Assembly (NCBI RefSeq): GCF_001194135.2
Contig: NC_068992.1
Span: 65,941,672-66,005,671, forward strand
From: Octopus bimaculoides
Taxonomy: Eukaryota
Length of the DNA: 64,000 bases
Direction: 5' to 3'
Below are positions 13,936 through 28,763 of the stretch, piece by piece. The notes below the pieces were generated by a model, which worked only from the letters and a program-made list of their open reading frames with translations, was not told where the DNA came from and made no database searches. Numbering within the stretch: position 1 is the first letter of the stretch; each line of letters begins with the position of its first letter. Made by a program: the position numbers and the translations under genes.

Positions 13936-15339
13936 CCAGTGTCTCTCCTGCTGATTTGCTAAACCTGAAACCATATTTTGGACATTTTTGAAGAACTCGT
14001 GTATTGATTTTCTGAGAGAAAAAGTGATTTACTAAAACCTTACAAATGTTGAAAATTTCGCCAGATTCTGTTATATGACAAGAGAAATGCCAGTTCGAAT
14101 CAATAAATACAAGAATGCAAATACCAGATTACCGCACGTGATGTTGACGTCATCTAATGTCCTTCGTCTTCGTGGCTTTGTCGTATGATTGATCTAAAAG
14201 GCATTTAATATCTGTCAACATGGTTTTATTCAGTCGTATTCCAGTGTGTATAATTGTGGCCATTTACATCACTTAGGCGATGAGAAGCAATTACAAAGCA
14301 GAAGAGTCGTTTAATGAAGAGGAAAACATCCGAGGTTAACACAAACAGTTAAAATATAAGTTACATGGTGTAAACAACATAGAAATAGTTGAAGGTAAAA
14401 TTGAAGCAAATTAGAGAGACGGAGACATTGTGAGCGAAGGTAGCAAGAGAGAAAATCGGAAGATAGGAAGAGAAAGAGAGGGGAAGCGAAGGAGGGAGAG
14501 AAGGAGGGTGATAAGATCAAAGACTGAAGTTTGTTTTGGTGCATGTGTTGTGGAATACACAACAAACAGAAATAGTCAGATAAAAACAGCGAGTGCATAT
14601 TGATAGGAGATACACCTGAGGCAGAGAGAGATGAAATACAGAGGGGCAGCGTTGATAATCGATATACCTGGGGCACAAAGAGATTATATTAGTGATAATG
14701 GAAACATTTGTAGGTGGGACACATACACAGTTCCTTCTCTACATACGCAACCATTAACAAGAACAACAACAACAAGTATCAGCCAAAGAAGATGTGTCGT
14801 ATCCTGTTAGAAATAGCAGTCACATATATATTTCAAAGAAGAAGGATACATAGGACAGTGTAGTCCTAGATAAACTATACTAGGAAATATGAAGGGATGC
14901 TCGTGGCTGGAATTTCATCTTAAGAATTATTTCAAAATCTAAATAAAATATTTAAATAAAAATATCACATTCGATAGTATATTCCTGTATACGTTGTTTG
15001 AAAATTAAGATGTAATGGTCATGCCCGGAACGTTTCTTGATAAAAGCTGGCCTGCGATTCACATCAACAAGACTTTTAAATATTCTAAGGTGTGTTATCT
15101 GCCCCCAATATACGATTGGCAATTATTTCAACAAATGAAACTGGATCGACCTACTAGAAATAGCAACGAAATTACCTTAACTGGTACCGCCCCGAAAAAT
15201 GGAAGGACACATTGGCCAACGTATCCCAGATGTGGAAGAGTTGATTGTCACGGTTGGAATACCTTTAGCCAATTATCTGTTCGACCAAATTTGACAAAGC
15301 TGTTAGCAACCACAACTATATAAATGAGACAATGTGAGG

Positions 15340-15595
15340 AACTCTACACAACATATTTTACGCAACACACACTCTACGCAAAACGTACTCTACACAGCAT
15401 ATTCGGCACAACATACATTCTATACAGTATATTATTCTACACAGCATATATTCTATATGTGTTCTACACAACCCGTATTCACACGGTATATTCTATACAG
15501 TTTCGGGTCTTGTGCTTCGAGTAGAAAAGAATATATTCCATATAGTTAATATTCATGAACGCATTCAACAGTATATATTCTACACAACAAGCAAA
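15340..15595 (+). repeat. Degenerate 14-16 bp minisatellite (TATTCTACACAGCA-like)
   Basis: Recurrent CTCTACACAACA / TATTCTACACAGCA / TATTCTATACAG units. Confidence 0.7.
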
Positions 15596-16383
15596 ACACC
15601 AAAGAAACACAAGAAACAAAAAAACAATAAATTAAATAATCCAGCCCCCGTTGTAATCCCTAAAACAAGAGCGTTTCGGTCACCCACCTTGGCATATTCT
15701 CACTCCTTTGAAAGTCAATATTGCACTCACTCCCCTCGTCTACATAGAGATGCAGCTGCTGGTCGAGTAGAAACTCACATGAAACTATTGAAAACCCATA
15801 ATATCTTTAGGAAATAGTAACAATAACAATAAGAAAGAGACTGTTAATGGCAAGCGAAAAGAAAATGGCGACCAACTGTACATCCTTAGGCATATTTGAG
15901 AAAGAGAACTTTAGTCAACAAGAATCCAGTTTGATATTGATTGCAGTAAATGGAGTTGTGTGTTTATGTCCTTGGTCAGCAGGAATAAGAGAAGAGAAGG
16001 ACTAATGAGTTTAGTTAGAGATTAAGAGAAACAAAAGACAGGAAAATAATGCTTTCTCTACTAGGATCATGTTATAGAAATAGCTGAACATTTATGAGAC
16101 AAACAGATCAACTTACATCCATTAACTACAGCTGTCAACGATACTAGATTGGAGAAGTAAACTTAGATTGAATCTGCAATGAAGAAATCACGGATTGACG
16201 ATTCCATGCGTAGCCAGTCTCTCTGGAACAAAAAAGAGATATGTAGGAAAGAACCGAATGCCGGATGAGAAGTTCGAGTTGAATCTAAGGATTTCTCAGT
16301 CGCTGATTTCAAGACTCAAAGTCTTCCCCGCTGAAAACATTTAAGTATTTGTGAAACATTAGATATTTACATATATGCATATG

Positions 16384-16446
<63 letters not shown>

Positions 16447-16620
16447 NNNNNNNNNNNNNNNNNNNNNNNNNNNNNNNNNNNNNNNNNNNNNNNNNNNNNN
16501 NNNNNNNNNNNNNNNNNNNNNNNNNNNNNNNNNNNNNNNNNNNNNNNNNNNNNNNNNNNNNNNNNNNNNNNNNNNNNNNNNNNNNNNNNNNNNNNNNNNN
16601 NNNNNNNNNNNNNNNNNNNN

Positions 16621-16686
16621 ACGCAGTAGGACTGAACATGAAACCAGGTGATTGGAAAGCAAGCTTCTTACCACACAACATCGCGT
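16621..16686 (-). mobile_element. SINE family A head fragment at a gap edge
   Basis: GCAGTAGGACTGAAC...GATTGGAAAGCAAGCTTCTTACCACAC is the reverse complement of the family A head. Confidence 0.7.
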
Positions 16687-16698
16687 ACATAGGCAGGC

Positions 16699-16793
<95 letters not shown>

Positions 16794-18837
16794 CATACAC
16801 ATAAGCATACATACTGGTACGCATGTGTGCATGACTCGTGTTCTTACAAAGAGTACAAGCAACAGAAGTACATATTTAATATACTCGAGGTGGGGAGGGG
16901 GGAGGGTTTTTGAGAGAAAACTAAAAATTACTTCCGTTTTCTAAATCAGTCGACAAGACTTCAACTGCTAGAACATCCGAAGCACAATTGATTGTCATCA
17001 ATAACAATAACAATTAAGAAAGATTGACCGGATATTGTTGTCAATGACTTCCGAGAAAGAAAATATCTACAGAGAATAATATCTACAAACATACGTGTGT
17101 TTTTGTGTGTGTATACCATACATACATACAGACATGCATACATACATGCATGTAAAACAGCTTGAATTTGATATACAAACTAGATATACCTGTATATATA
17201 TATATACACGTTGCACATTCCATGTGCTTACTCCGGTATATATATATATATATATATATATATNNNNNNNNNNNNNNNNNNNNNNNNNNNNNNNNNNNNN
17301 NNNNNNNNNNNNNNNNNNNNNNNNNNNNNNNNNNNNNNNNNNNNNNNNNNNNNNNGTGTGTGTGTGTGTATGTATATACATGAAGCATAGAATTTTCAGA
17401 CGATGGATATTCAATATAAATATAAATATATAAATATGTAGATATTTATATACTGACAGAGCAAACTTATACAATATACAAAAGACAGGGGAAATTAAAG
17501 CGGAGAAAATATGGAGTTACTCTCCCTTTTAAATTTCCCCGAAATTTGTGTTTTTCAGTCTTTGCTTTCTCTCTATTCGTATGTATGTGTGTATGTGTGT
17601 ATGTGTGTATGTGTGAGTCAATAGCTTGTATATCAAACCCAGGCAGTTTTATTTGTTTATCTGCATCATCATCTTTTTATCTGCTCACCTGGATTCCTCT
17701 CATAGCCACCCTTTATCCCGCGGACATTGTCTCTGCGAAAGCTTTCGGAATGTAAGTTCAAATTATTTGAGCGCTTCTATATCCATTGATTCTATGTCTA
17801 AATTTACGTATATATATTTGTGTGTGTGTGTGTGTATATATATATACATATATATATACTTGTGGTGAATTAGCTCCACTAGACAGTAGGATAAACGAAA
17901 ATAATAACAGCGTTTAGAGTCAGCTAAAAAAATAAACCGATATCCAGTGAATATATTTATCGCAAGTATTCAGGAAAAGAGCACGTTTTCAGAATTGAAA
18001 AAAATATTAAAATAGCTGGAGTATGATTATGAAAATATCAAGAAGATTATGGAACAAAATGAGAGCAAAAATAAAAACAGCTGTCTTCGATTTTGAAGGA
18101 GGCCACTTAATATAAAAATATAGGCTGGAAAAAGAAACAAGTAGAGGGGAAGGGAAATCACATATTTGATTTTTCTTTAAAAAAAATAATCTCAGAGAAA
18201 TTCTGAAATGTGCAGGGAGGGTTGTGTGATATGAAAACAAGCATAATTGTGTGGTTAAGACGGTCGCTTGGCAAACGTGTTGTGGTGTGTTTGGTTCCAC
18301 AGCACAACATGTAGGAAATGGATCACACACACACACACACACACACACATACATATATATATGTAAATAAACATAGATTTCATTCTTTTAGTTTTCTGAT
18401 GAAGGACTTGCATCCAAAATGTGAACACTCGCTTCTTTTAAACAATTAAGCTAATATAGCATGTTAAAATTCGTCACTTTCTGCATTGTTTGTGTTCATT
18501 CCCCAGTACACACATACATACATACATATATTTCGCATACACACACACACATATATATGTATATGGAGATGTTGACCCATCACCTGGGATATTCCAGAAA
18601 CAGTTGTAAGACATTAATTACTTCTACTTCTCCATTTTTTAAAATCCAATTTACTAATTAAGTATTCTAAATGATCTGAAATACTCGTTCTGCCTTGGTT
18701 TCGTTTTCCTTTTCCTTTAATATATGTCTATGTATATATGTATGTATTTATTTATGTATGCAAGTATGTATGCATGTATGTATGTGTGTATCTTCGTATG
18801 CATGTATTTCTTTATGTATGTATACATGCATGTATGT

Positions 18838-18920
18838 ACGTGGAATTTGAACTCGGGACGTAGAGATCGCTGCTGAGAATGTTTGTCCCGCGTGCAAACG
18901 ATTCTGCCAGCTCAACACCT
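18838..18920 (-). mobile_element. SINE family D head fragment
   Basis: GTGGAATTTGAACTC...GCAAACGATTCTGCCAGCTC is the reverse complement of a D-type A/B-box head. Confidence 0.55.
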
Positions 18921-19509
18921 TTCTTTCTCGTTCTAATATTAACGATGTTAATAGAAGGAAGTTCAGTTGTATTAATATGGAAGCTGAGACAGCGACGAAA
19001 ATCTTTGGTCTGTTACGTCATTTGCAATAAACCTTGTCTATAAATATGAAAAAGAGAGAAAAGAGAGAGATTTAAAAGCCACTTAAAAAGCTCCTTGTAG
19101 CATTAGGTCTTTAAATATCGTTGGATTCTGGTCGACTTCTTCAACACTAGAGTTTTCAGTTAGTTTTGCATTGTCACCAGTATCAATCAACTCCTGCTAG
19201 ACGTCTTTGAGGCGAACTGGCTCTGAACAAAGCCAAGTTTTTCCTCTTTGTTGTAGCGAGTTGAAAACACCTGCTAACTTACCGATCGATTATTCTATAA
19301 ATTATTGGAAGTTTGAATTATAATTATCTCTTTTGAATTATAATTATCTCTTTTCTTAATAATAACGTTCGGTGGTTTTTATGCCAACAAGAGCATAGTT
19401 GATATTTCACTTGTTCTCCTTTTCTACAAAAGGAAGCCATCGAGATCAAGGTTTCTGCATACAAGCACGCATGCATACACACACACATACACACATGCAC
19501 ACTCACACA

Positions 19510-19569
<60 letters not shown>

Positions 19570-19570
19570 A

Positions 19571-19626
<56 letters not shown>

Positions 19627-21879
19627 GTAAACACACGCGCTCTCACTGACACATGCGCATATATATATATGATATAAACTGTATATGTATTTATAAATAT
19701 ATATTTGTGAAAGTGTTTGTGTGTGTATGTATAGCTATCTCTATATCATTCTTAACGTAAATACATCGTGAAATAGCAACCAGGTTTCGCTAGAAATAGC
19801 AGCCAAATTTTGTTCAAATCACTTACTTTGGCTGTTAACAAATGAAGGACATATCAAATAACGTAGTCCTTCGTGCATTATGTTTGGAGAATAAGAATTT
19901 GGATCGTAACGACAGAAGCATTTTTGATAATTAGTCTACCCGGTTCACCAGTGTCCTGTGGTTATATAATAACAAGAAAACACTAAACGTTTAATAATTA
20001 GTTTACGGTTTAAATCCACCAGAGGTTGTTCTTTTAACTAAGTTCTCTTTTTCTTTCACTTCATGTCATCAAATAACCAAACACTTCATAATGGCTTATA
20101 AAGCTGTCATCGCAAACTACCCAAAATGTCGTATAAATTACTTTTAGAGAAGACATTTGTTTTCGTTACACATCCTAGTGATACGTTTGTCTTCATTAAA
20201 TTTAACTAATTTAACTAATTACCGATCGTTTTCTCTGATGACATGTCCTCCCAGCTTATCAAGATCTTTATTAACTGTCAACAACTCGTTTGTGTCATTC
20301 TTTTTGTTCTTGTTGTTAAGCACGAGAACAACCGTGACCGAGCGGTGGCAGCCGTCACTAAGATAATATTAGGAAACTCCGGAATTGATTAACGATTGAT
20401 CAGTTCATTTTTATGTCATACCATATGAAGAAATGGCATGTACGCCTCGCAATCACCAACATAAATTTCACTAGTGGAGGAGAGTCTTACAAAATAAATT
20501 ACTAATGGAAAAAAAGCTTATAAACCCTGCGTATAAAAATATTGCCCTTTCTGTGTAGTCAAATAAAATTACTAAAATCATGGGTCGAGGGCCGGTTTTA
20601 AACTCTTGGCTTTCGATTCCCCACCAGAAATGCCAGAAACGCCTTTAGGCTACAGAAGAGCATCGGAAGGGATCTGTTTTTATTAAATTATGACTGTAGA
20701 AATTTCGTTTATTTAAACGGGAATAAGATTTTGTGAGGTTCATACCTTTACAATGAATTCAGTGATGAAAGTGTTGTAAACTGTATCCAAATGATTCCAC
20801 TCCCCCCCCCCTCTCTCTCCCTATATCCCTTTCTCTTTCCTTTTCTTTCTCTCTTTCTCTCCCTTTCTCTCTCCAGCTTGCTCTCTCTTTCTCGCTTTTT
20901 CGCTCTCTCTCCTTCTCTTTCCCTCACTCTCTATCTCTTTCTATCTCTCTCATTAGTATTCAATATTCGATTATAGGTCTCTGTTTTCCGCCATTACAGA
21001 TCCTTATGTAGTACTACATAGCATCTCCAACACATTCTTGCTTGAGTTTTGTTTTTGTTTTGTTTCTTTCTTGGTTGCCAAATTTGTTTTTCTTTCTTCA
21101 TGATTTATTCTGCTTCTAGAAATACGATATTTGTTGTCAGCGAAGTCGATATGAAACTAGACCTAAGGTTGCCTCTATGAATTTCATTCTACATTAGAAT
21201 TATAAAAGACGACTTGCGCTGCTTTTCTAACGCAGTCTATTACTTTCAGTTCCTTGTAATTTGCTTACTGGAACGTATCAATTTTAGTTGCAGTGTATTT
21301 GACAACGGTAATAAAATTCCATAGCAGCAATTTATGCTTACTTCTTACCACTTCTGGCTTTTATCCTGTACGCTTTCATTTCAATCTTTCATCTCACAAA
21401 ATAAAGTCTTTATTGTATGTATAATAGCTACTTCTGTATAATCGTCACCACACCCTGCTATTTTAACAAATATCGACACACAACATGAGGGCAAAGGTGA
21501 CACCGAAACGTCTTTTGTTCTTCAGAAATATTCTTGTAGATATGGTTGTACTATTATCGGATAGACTACCCCTTTAATTGATTCTGTTTGGTTGGGGGCC
21601 AACTTTTATATATAAACAAGCTTTAGAAGATTCGTGCTGATGTTATCTAACACTTCTAAAATTTAACACTTCGTTGTTTTATCATTATATATGAATTCAA
21701 TTTTGGCTTCGTTTTCGTACAATTTCTGATATAAACAAAATATAAGCTCCAAAGAGAAGGAATATAAATTTGATTTCGAATCATCTTGGCGATCATTTAA
21801 CTTCAGTTAAGTCACACGTCTTCTATAAATTACAGCTTTCACTTTCTTGATCCTTAGAACTCATAAGGCCGGTTAGCTG

Positions 21880-22085
21880 GCGTCTAAGTACCCGAGATTA
21901 CAACATTCCCCCTGAAGGGTACACCGGTCTGTTGTAGCGTTCAAGACCAGTAATTTTTAGGTGAGGGGCCAAGTTGATTCCATCGATATTCCCACCACAG
22001 TATTTAGCTGGGACCTTACTTTATTGACCCCCAAGGGATGAGAAGCAACGTGTACCTCAGCGGGATTTGAACTCAGAGCGTGAGT
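21880..22085 (-). mobile_element. SINE, family D-type head/core with a different 3' body
   Basis: Plus-strand TTTATTGACCCCCAAGGGATGA...CTCAGCGGGATTTGAACTCAGAGCG is the reverse complement of the D core; preceded by CCCCCTGAAGGGTACACCGGTCTG, a body not seen in the other D copies. Confidence 0.6.
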
Positions 22086-23792
22086 TATTAACAAAGATAT
22101 CATTTTCAAGAATTTATGCAACATTCGAAAAATTTGCTCTGATTTCTCGTGTATTTTTCATGAATTTATAAATATTTCAAATGATCTTAATTGATTATCA
22201 AGTACTCGCTAATTACATGTTGCTCTCGACGTTTAACTACACCCAGTGTTTTTAAGATTACGTAAACTTGAATATTGATCAGGAATTCAACTAAGATGCA
22301 ATGGAAGGTTACATGTTGTCACTTTTATAGCTATTTTGTAGATTTACACTCAAAACTACTTTCTCGATATTGCAGTGTTTGTACTGCTTACAATGGCGAG
22401 GTGGACTTTACTAAATTCTACCATGTAGATTGGTCTATTGGGAGTTAATTGTTGTAATTGTGAGACAGACTGGACCGCCAAAAATGTGACTAAGTATAAA
22501 AATTATAAAATAACAGCAACAATTAAAACAGAGCAGAATTCGCTGAAACTTTGTCTGTTTCGACAAATAGTATTTAGTGAAATTAATGCATAGAGAAAGG
22601 AATATCATGACGTTTCGGGGAGGAAACCTTTCATCAGAAGAAGAAAAGAGCCTTTCTCATTTCCAGCATAAAAACTCACCTAAATTTACAAACTTTCCTC
22701 TTGTATCACTCAGAACCAATGCACACACACACACACACACACNNNNNNNNNNNNNNNNNNNNNNNNNNNNNNNNNNNNNNNNNNNNNNNNNNNNNNNNNN
22801 NNNNNNNNNNNNNNNNNNNNNNNNNNNNNNNNNNNNNNNNNNNNNNNNNNNNNNNNNNNNNNNNNNNNNNNNNNNNNNNNNNNNNNNNNNNNNNNNNNNN
22901 NNNNNNNNNNNNNNNNNNNNNNNNNNNNNNNNNNNNNNNNNNNNNNNNNNNNNNNNNNNNNNNNNNNNNNNNNNNNNNNNNNNNNNNNNNNNNNNNNNNN
23001 NNNNNNNNNNNNNNNNNNNNNNNNNNNNNNNNNNNNNNNNNNNNNNNNNNNNNNNNNNNNNNNNNNNNNNNNNNNNNNNNNNNNNNNNNNNNNNNNNNNN
23101 NNNNNNNNNNNNNNNNNNNNNNNNNNNNNNNNNNNNNNNNNNNNNNNNNNNNNNNNNNNNNNNNNNNNNNNNNNNNNNNNNNNNNNNNNNNNNNNNNNNN
23201 NNNNNNNNNNNNNNNNNNNNNNNNNNNNNNNNNNNNNNNNNNNNNNNNNNNNNNNNNNNNNNNNNNNNNNNNNNNNNNNNNNNNNNNNNNNNNNNNNNNN
23301 NNNNNNNNNNNNNNNNNNNNNNNNNNNNNNNNNNNNNNNNNNNNNNNNNNNNNNNNNNNNNNNNNNNNNNNNNNNNNNNNNNNNNNNNNNNNNNNNNNNN
23401 NNNNNNNNNNNNNNNNNNNNNNNNNNNNNNNNNNNNNNNNNNNNNNNNNNNNNNNNNNNNNNNNNNNNNNNNNNNNNNNNNNNNNNNNNNNNNNNNNNNN
23501 NNNNNNNNNNNNNNNNNNNNNNNNNNNNNNNNNNNNNNNNNNNNNNNNNNNNNNNNNNNNNNNNNNNNNNNNNNNNNNNNNNNNNNNNNNNNNNNNNNNN
23601 NNNNNNNNNNNNNNNNNNNNNNNNNNNNNNNNNNNNNNNNNNNNNNNNNNNNNNNNNNNNNNNNNNNNNNNNNNNNNGCTTCTTGGAAGCAAAACGCGCC
23701 CCCGTCCTCAATTATACGGAATCAGTGTAGAGGGAATTTTTGAGACAGTTTATTTGTGAGTGCGCGTGTGTGATGTGTGTGCGCGTATATAT

Positions 23793-23847
<55 letters not shown>

Positions 23848-24723
23848 AACATACAATATATTTGTCGGTTAACAAGGCTACCAATGATTTCATGTAAAGG
23901 GAGATCGCTTTACAGCTCTCAAGTATACTACATGTGAACGTTGGTACTCGTCTCTGACAGAGAAACAGGGTGAAATACCTTGGGGGAGCATTCTGGCTGG
24001 CATATATAATATACATTACAGTCTAACATATGCAGTATAGTAAGAGGATAAACTTCAATCAGCTGAAAGTATCTCCGCAATTAGTAAGCAAAATTTCCCT
24101 TTAGAAATGTCCAAATCTACAATCTAAAATCAACTAATGCAAATTTTAAGAAAACTAAGATAAAGTACTTAGAAGCAGACTTTACATTTTCAGTGAAGTA
24201 ACGAAGGTAATAAAATTTATTATAATCTAAATCTTTGTATATTGCTACTCTGAGTTTTACTCGTTATCTATTTTCAGATAATAAAAGAAATCAATGAAAT
24301 TATTTTTGTCTTTATCGATGGAATAAATGCAATTGGTTTAAACACACGAACCACGTTAGTAATAAAATAAAAAGACTTTTCGATTTGCTTGGAGTGTGCC
24401 ACAGTCTTGTAAGAGACTCCTTTAACAGTCTAACACGCTGCACCCAATCGGAATGCTTTCAATAATATTTCCTATTGTTTTATATGTTGTATATTTTATG
24501 TTTAAATATAAGATCATTCCATTGACTGGTTTTATTGATTTGGTGAAACTCAGAGTTACAATTTATGAAGTTTCAACTTGAAGGAGAAATTTTATTACAA
24601 CTCTATAAAATATCTCATTCATCTGTTATATGGAGGTGCCTATCTATCTCTTTCTATGGATTTGTTTTACGCTGCTTCTATTTCCTTCATATATATGTGC
24701 GTGTACGCGCGCGCGTCTGTATA

Positions 24724-24772
<49 letters not shown>

Positions 24773-24970
24773 NNNNNNNNNNNNNNNNNNNNNNNNNNNN
24801 NNNNNNNNNNNNNNNNNNNNNNNNNNNNNNNNNNNNNNNNNNNNNNNNNNNNNNNNNNNNNNNNNNNNNNNNNNNNNNNNNNNNNNNNNNNNNNNNNNNN
24901 NNNNNNNNNNNATATTGATATATTTGTATGTACATTTTTGTGTAAAGATGTATTTATTTACACATAGGTT

Positions 24971-25009
<39 letters not shown>

Positions 25010-25380
25010 ATATGTATGTGTGTATGTATGTATGTATTATGTATGTGTGTATGTATGTTTAAATGTATGTAATTATGTTCGTATATAAAAAATGCTGCAT
25101 TCAGCCACAAGTAACAGAAGCTGAAATAAAGTTATCTGCCCATTAATGAATATTTTGACTTACTTCCTTTTTTATATTTCGTTTTCTTTATATTTATCTA
25201 TTTATTTATCTTCATCCTCTAATATCCGCATTAAGGATGGATTACAGACAACCGCAGGATATTTTTTCTCTTCGAACTTGGTCCTGAAATCAGACCCTAC
25301 AGTACTGTAACTCACCGTTATGTTATGAACTACCAACTGATGCTGTGTGCTAGGTTTTGGTCTAACGATTCTATATATTG

Positions 25381-25486
<106 letters not shown>

Positions 25487-27089
25487 ATTGGTAGTGTTTG
25501 TGTCAAAATAAAGGATCGATATTCAATATGATTGGTCTCACCTTTGACTACTACAATAGACCTAGCAATAATTATTGAAACATTTTGGATGCTTTCAGAT
25601 GTTGTAGGGTTAAGACAACATTGGAACTAAAAATCTCATAGTTATACAGTTGCTATGGTGACTATCTATAAAGCTGTGTTTTGGAGAGGAAAGAGTTAGA
25701 GTTTGGAATTAATGTTTGGAATTATTAATGTTTGGAATTATTTTGCTTTCGTTTTTTCTTTTCTTTTTTGCTTTTGCATTATTTTTTGTTTCTCTTCTCT
25801 CAGAGGATTTAGTATGAGTGACCTTGGTAACCGTTTGTTTTAATCACATAATCCTTGGCTGTAAACAAAGACCGTAAAAAGTCACTATTCACTATAAAGG
25901 ATATTATTTCCCGGCTTTCATCTTAAAAGGAGGATTTAATTGCATTTATCTTCATTCCATTTCTCTTTCCTTCGCCATGTTCATTATTTCTGGCTTTGCA
26001 TTCTTTGTTTCTTGTGTCCTTTCCCTTGTTTTTGTCTTCTTTTCTTATTTGTAATCTTCATAATGTATTTTCTAAAAAACAATAACAACAACAATATTGA
26101 CAACAGTGGCGAAGAGAAACGGCAAAAGACAAAGCTAATGGTTTCTTTTGACGAGACTCTCAAAGCCACCGCATTTACATTCAATTAAATAGAAACTACC
26201 GATTGTTTATGGCAACGGAAATATAAGATTTGATGCTGAAGTCTTTGCGATAATATTGTGGAAATTGTTTCAATTCTCCGTTGAAATTACTTCACTCCAG
26301 TCACACCTCTGAAGTCTTTTCAACAAGAGATGACCGTTACGTAATCTAATTTCTCAATCCCTATCAAAAATCATTCGATACAATCAGCGGTTCAACTTAG
26401 AATTAGAGCAACAGTCAGTCAACTGCTAACCTACACAAGTTATCAAGTTAGCAATCCATCGATCGATCAATCTATCTGTCTATTTTATCACATGGCATTT
26501 ATACTATACAGAACAAATAATAAATTAGATACCACTTGATATCATTACAGCCTCGTTTTCAAACACATCTCTCAACTAATCTGCTTATATTAAAGAGGGG
26601 ATATTTCATTCAAGAAACAAGGTCAGCTTGTCTGAGATTTTATGTTGGATAATATGATTAAGTTTATACCTAGATCAATAAAGATAAATCAGCTATTCTT
26701 TATAACATCCTGATAACTTATTTATATACACCGACACCAAAATGAAATTGGAAATAGTTGTTGATATAATATATAATGCGATATTACGGCAACTAACATC
26801 ACACAAAGTTTTATACTTTACAATTACGTTATTACAAATGTCTATATTTACAGTAGTATCCTTCAGATATATTTTCACTAATATGATAGACCATTTTTAA
26901 CAATTAGACACTAACATACGACGTTTTTGTTAGATTATGCCTGACTTAATTTGATTTGATTTATCTGGCTTTAACAGCGTTTAGACAATTATGTTAAAGC
27001 TAGTTGTAGTAATCGTATTTATGTACGTGTGCGTGATTGTACAGATATATATATACATACATATATAAATATGTATGTATGTATGTATA

Positions 27090-27130
<41 letters not shown>

Positions 27131-27385
27131 AAAGTTACCTGATACTAANNNNNNNNNNNNNNNNNNNNNNNNNNNNNNNNNNNNNNNNNNNNNNNNNNNN
27201 NNNNNNNNNNNNNNNNNNNNNNNNNNNNNNNNNNNNNNNNNNNNNNNNNNNNNNNNNNNNNNNNNNNNNNNNNNNNNNNNNNNNNNNNNNNNNNNNNNNN
27301 NNNNNNNNNNNNNNNNNNNNNNNNNNNNNNNNNNNNNNNNNNNNNNNNNNNNNNNNNNNNNNNNNNNNNNNNNNNNNNNNNNNNN

Positions 27386-27430
<45 letters not shown>

Positions 27431-27440
27431 GTATGTATAC

Positions 27441-27474
<34 letters not shown>

Positions 27475-28181
27475 AAAGTTACCTGATACTAAAATATGCA
27501 GACGTTTGTGTAAGTACTGTGTTTGTGTGCGTGTGTGTGTGTATGAATATCTGTGTGTGTGTGTGTATGAATATCTGTGTGTGTGTCTGTGTGTGTGTTT
27601 GACAGTATACAGTAAATATAAAATTGATGTTATGATCAATCAAAGAGATTTATAAACTGATCACAAGATACTTAGAATCATGTTTGCAAGAAGACAACAA
27701 TTCAGGTCTTTTTTCCAATCGTAAGAATCGTTGCAATAAAATGAACTCTTGTTTTCATTCATGGACACAAGAACATCTCCCTCCATCTTATAAGATGGAG
27801 GGACACATTGTATAATGTTATAGATACAGTGTGTGGGTATAAGACCGGATGGTTATGGACCGAATAATTTCGATTCTGAGCTGAAGAAAATATATGAATG
27901 GCAGAGAATGGGAGAGAGATTGAGAGAGAAGGGAAGAAAGAATGAGAGAGAAAGAATGAGAGATAATGATAGAAACAGAATAAGAAAGAGAAGGAGTGAG
28001 AGAATGTGAGAGTAAACTACATTACAGCAATTGAATTCTGTTAAGCGGCCTCCGTATTATTATCCCCTTCTTCCTTAATTCTGTTCAGCATTCTGTCCTC
28101 GTTAAATCATTCCTACATTCCATATTTAGTTACTGTTTTATTTCTAAAACCCAGAAGATTGAATTCACAACAACAGCAACA

Positions 28182-28261
<80 letters not shown>

Positions 28262-28649
28262 TCAATAACAGCAACAATAACAACGTCATAACAACAACAG
28301 CAACGATGACAAAATAACAACAATGAAAATGCGTGTGTGGGTGTATGTGTGTTTGTTTGGTTGTGCGCGTGTGTGTGTGAAAGAGAGAGTGAGGGTGAGA
28401 GAGAGAGAGAGGGTGTGAGTCATTTTGTGAAATGTGTGCCTGTGTGCCTGTGTGTAATTGCGATATTGGAACAATTGTTTCCCAAAAAAGAGTTCGTTAA
28501 CTAAATCTGCTGCAAGGCTCAGATTTCTCTAACTCAAATCATGGCAAATCTTCTTGGAATTGCTGACAGAATTAAAGGAATCTAATTTAAATAATGGCAA
28601 TAAATGTGTTTGGAGCAATAACTGAGGAGAGGGGAAAGGGAACAGGTGA

Positions 28650-28720
28650 ATCGAAGAATAGAGGAATAGAGGAATAGAGGAATAGAAGAATAGAGGAATA
28701 GAAGAATAGAGGAATAGAAG
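28650..28720 (+). repeat. 8-bp minisatellite (GAATAGAG/GAATAGAA)n
   Basis: About 9 tandem units read directly. Confidence 0.9.
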
Positions 28721-28763
28721 CGGTGGAAACAAACGTAGTGTGTGTGTGTGTGTGTGTGTGTAA

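Noticed and set aside
27120-27492. Direct repeat TATATAATAAAAGTTACCTGATACTAA on both sides of a gap
   Set aside because: Most likely a redundant contig overlap or allelic duplication at a scaffold gap, not a biological direct repeat.
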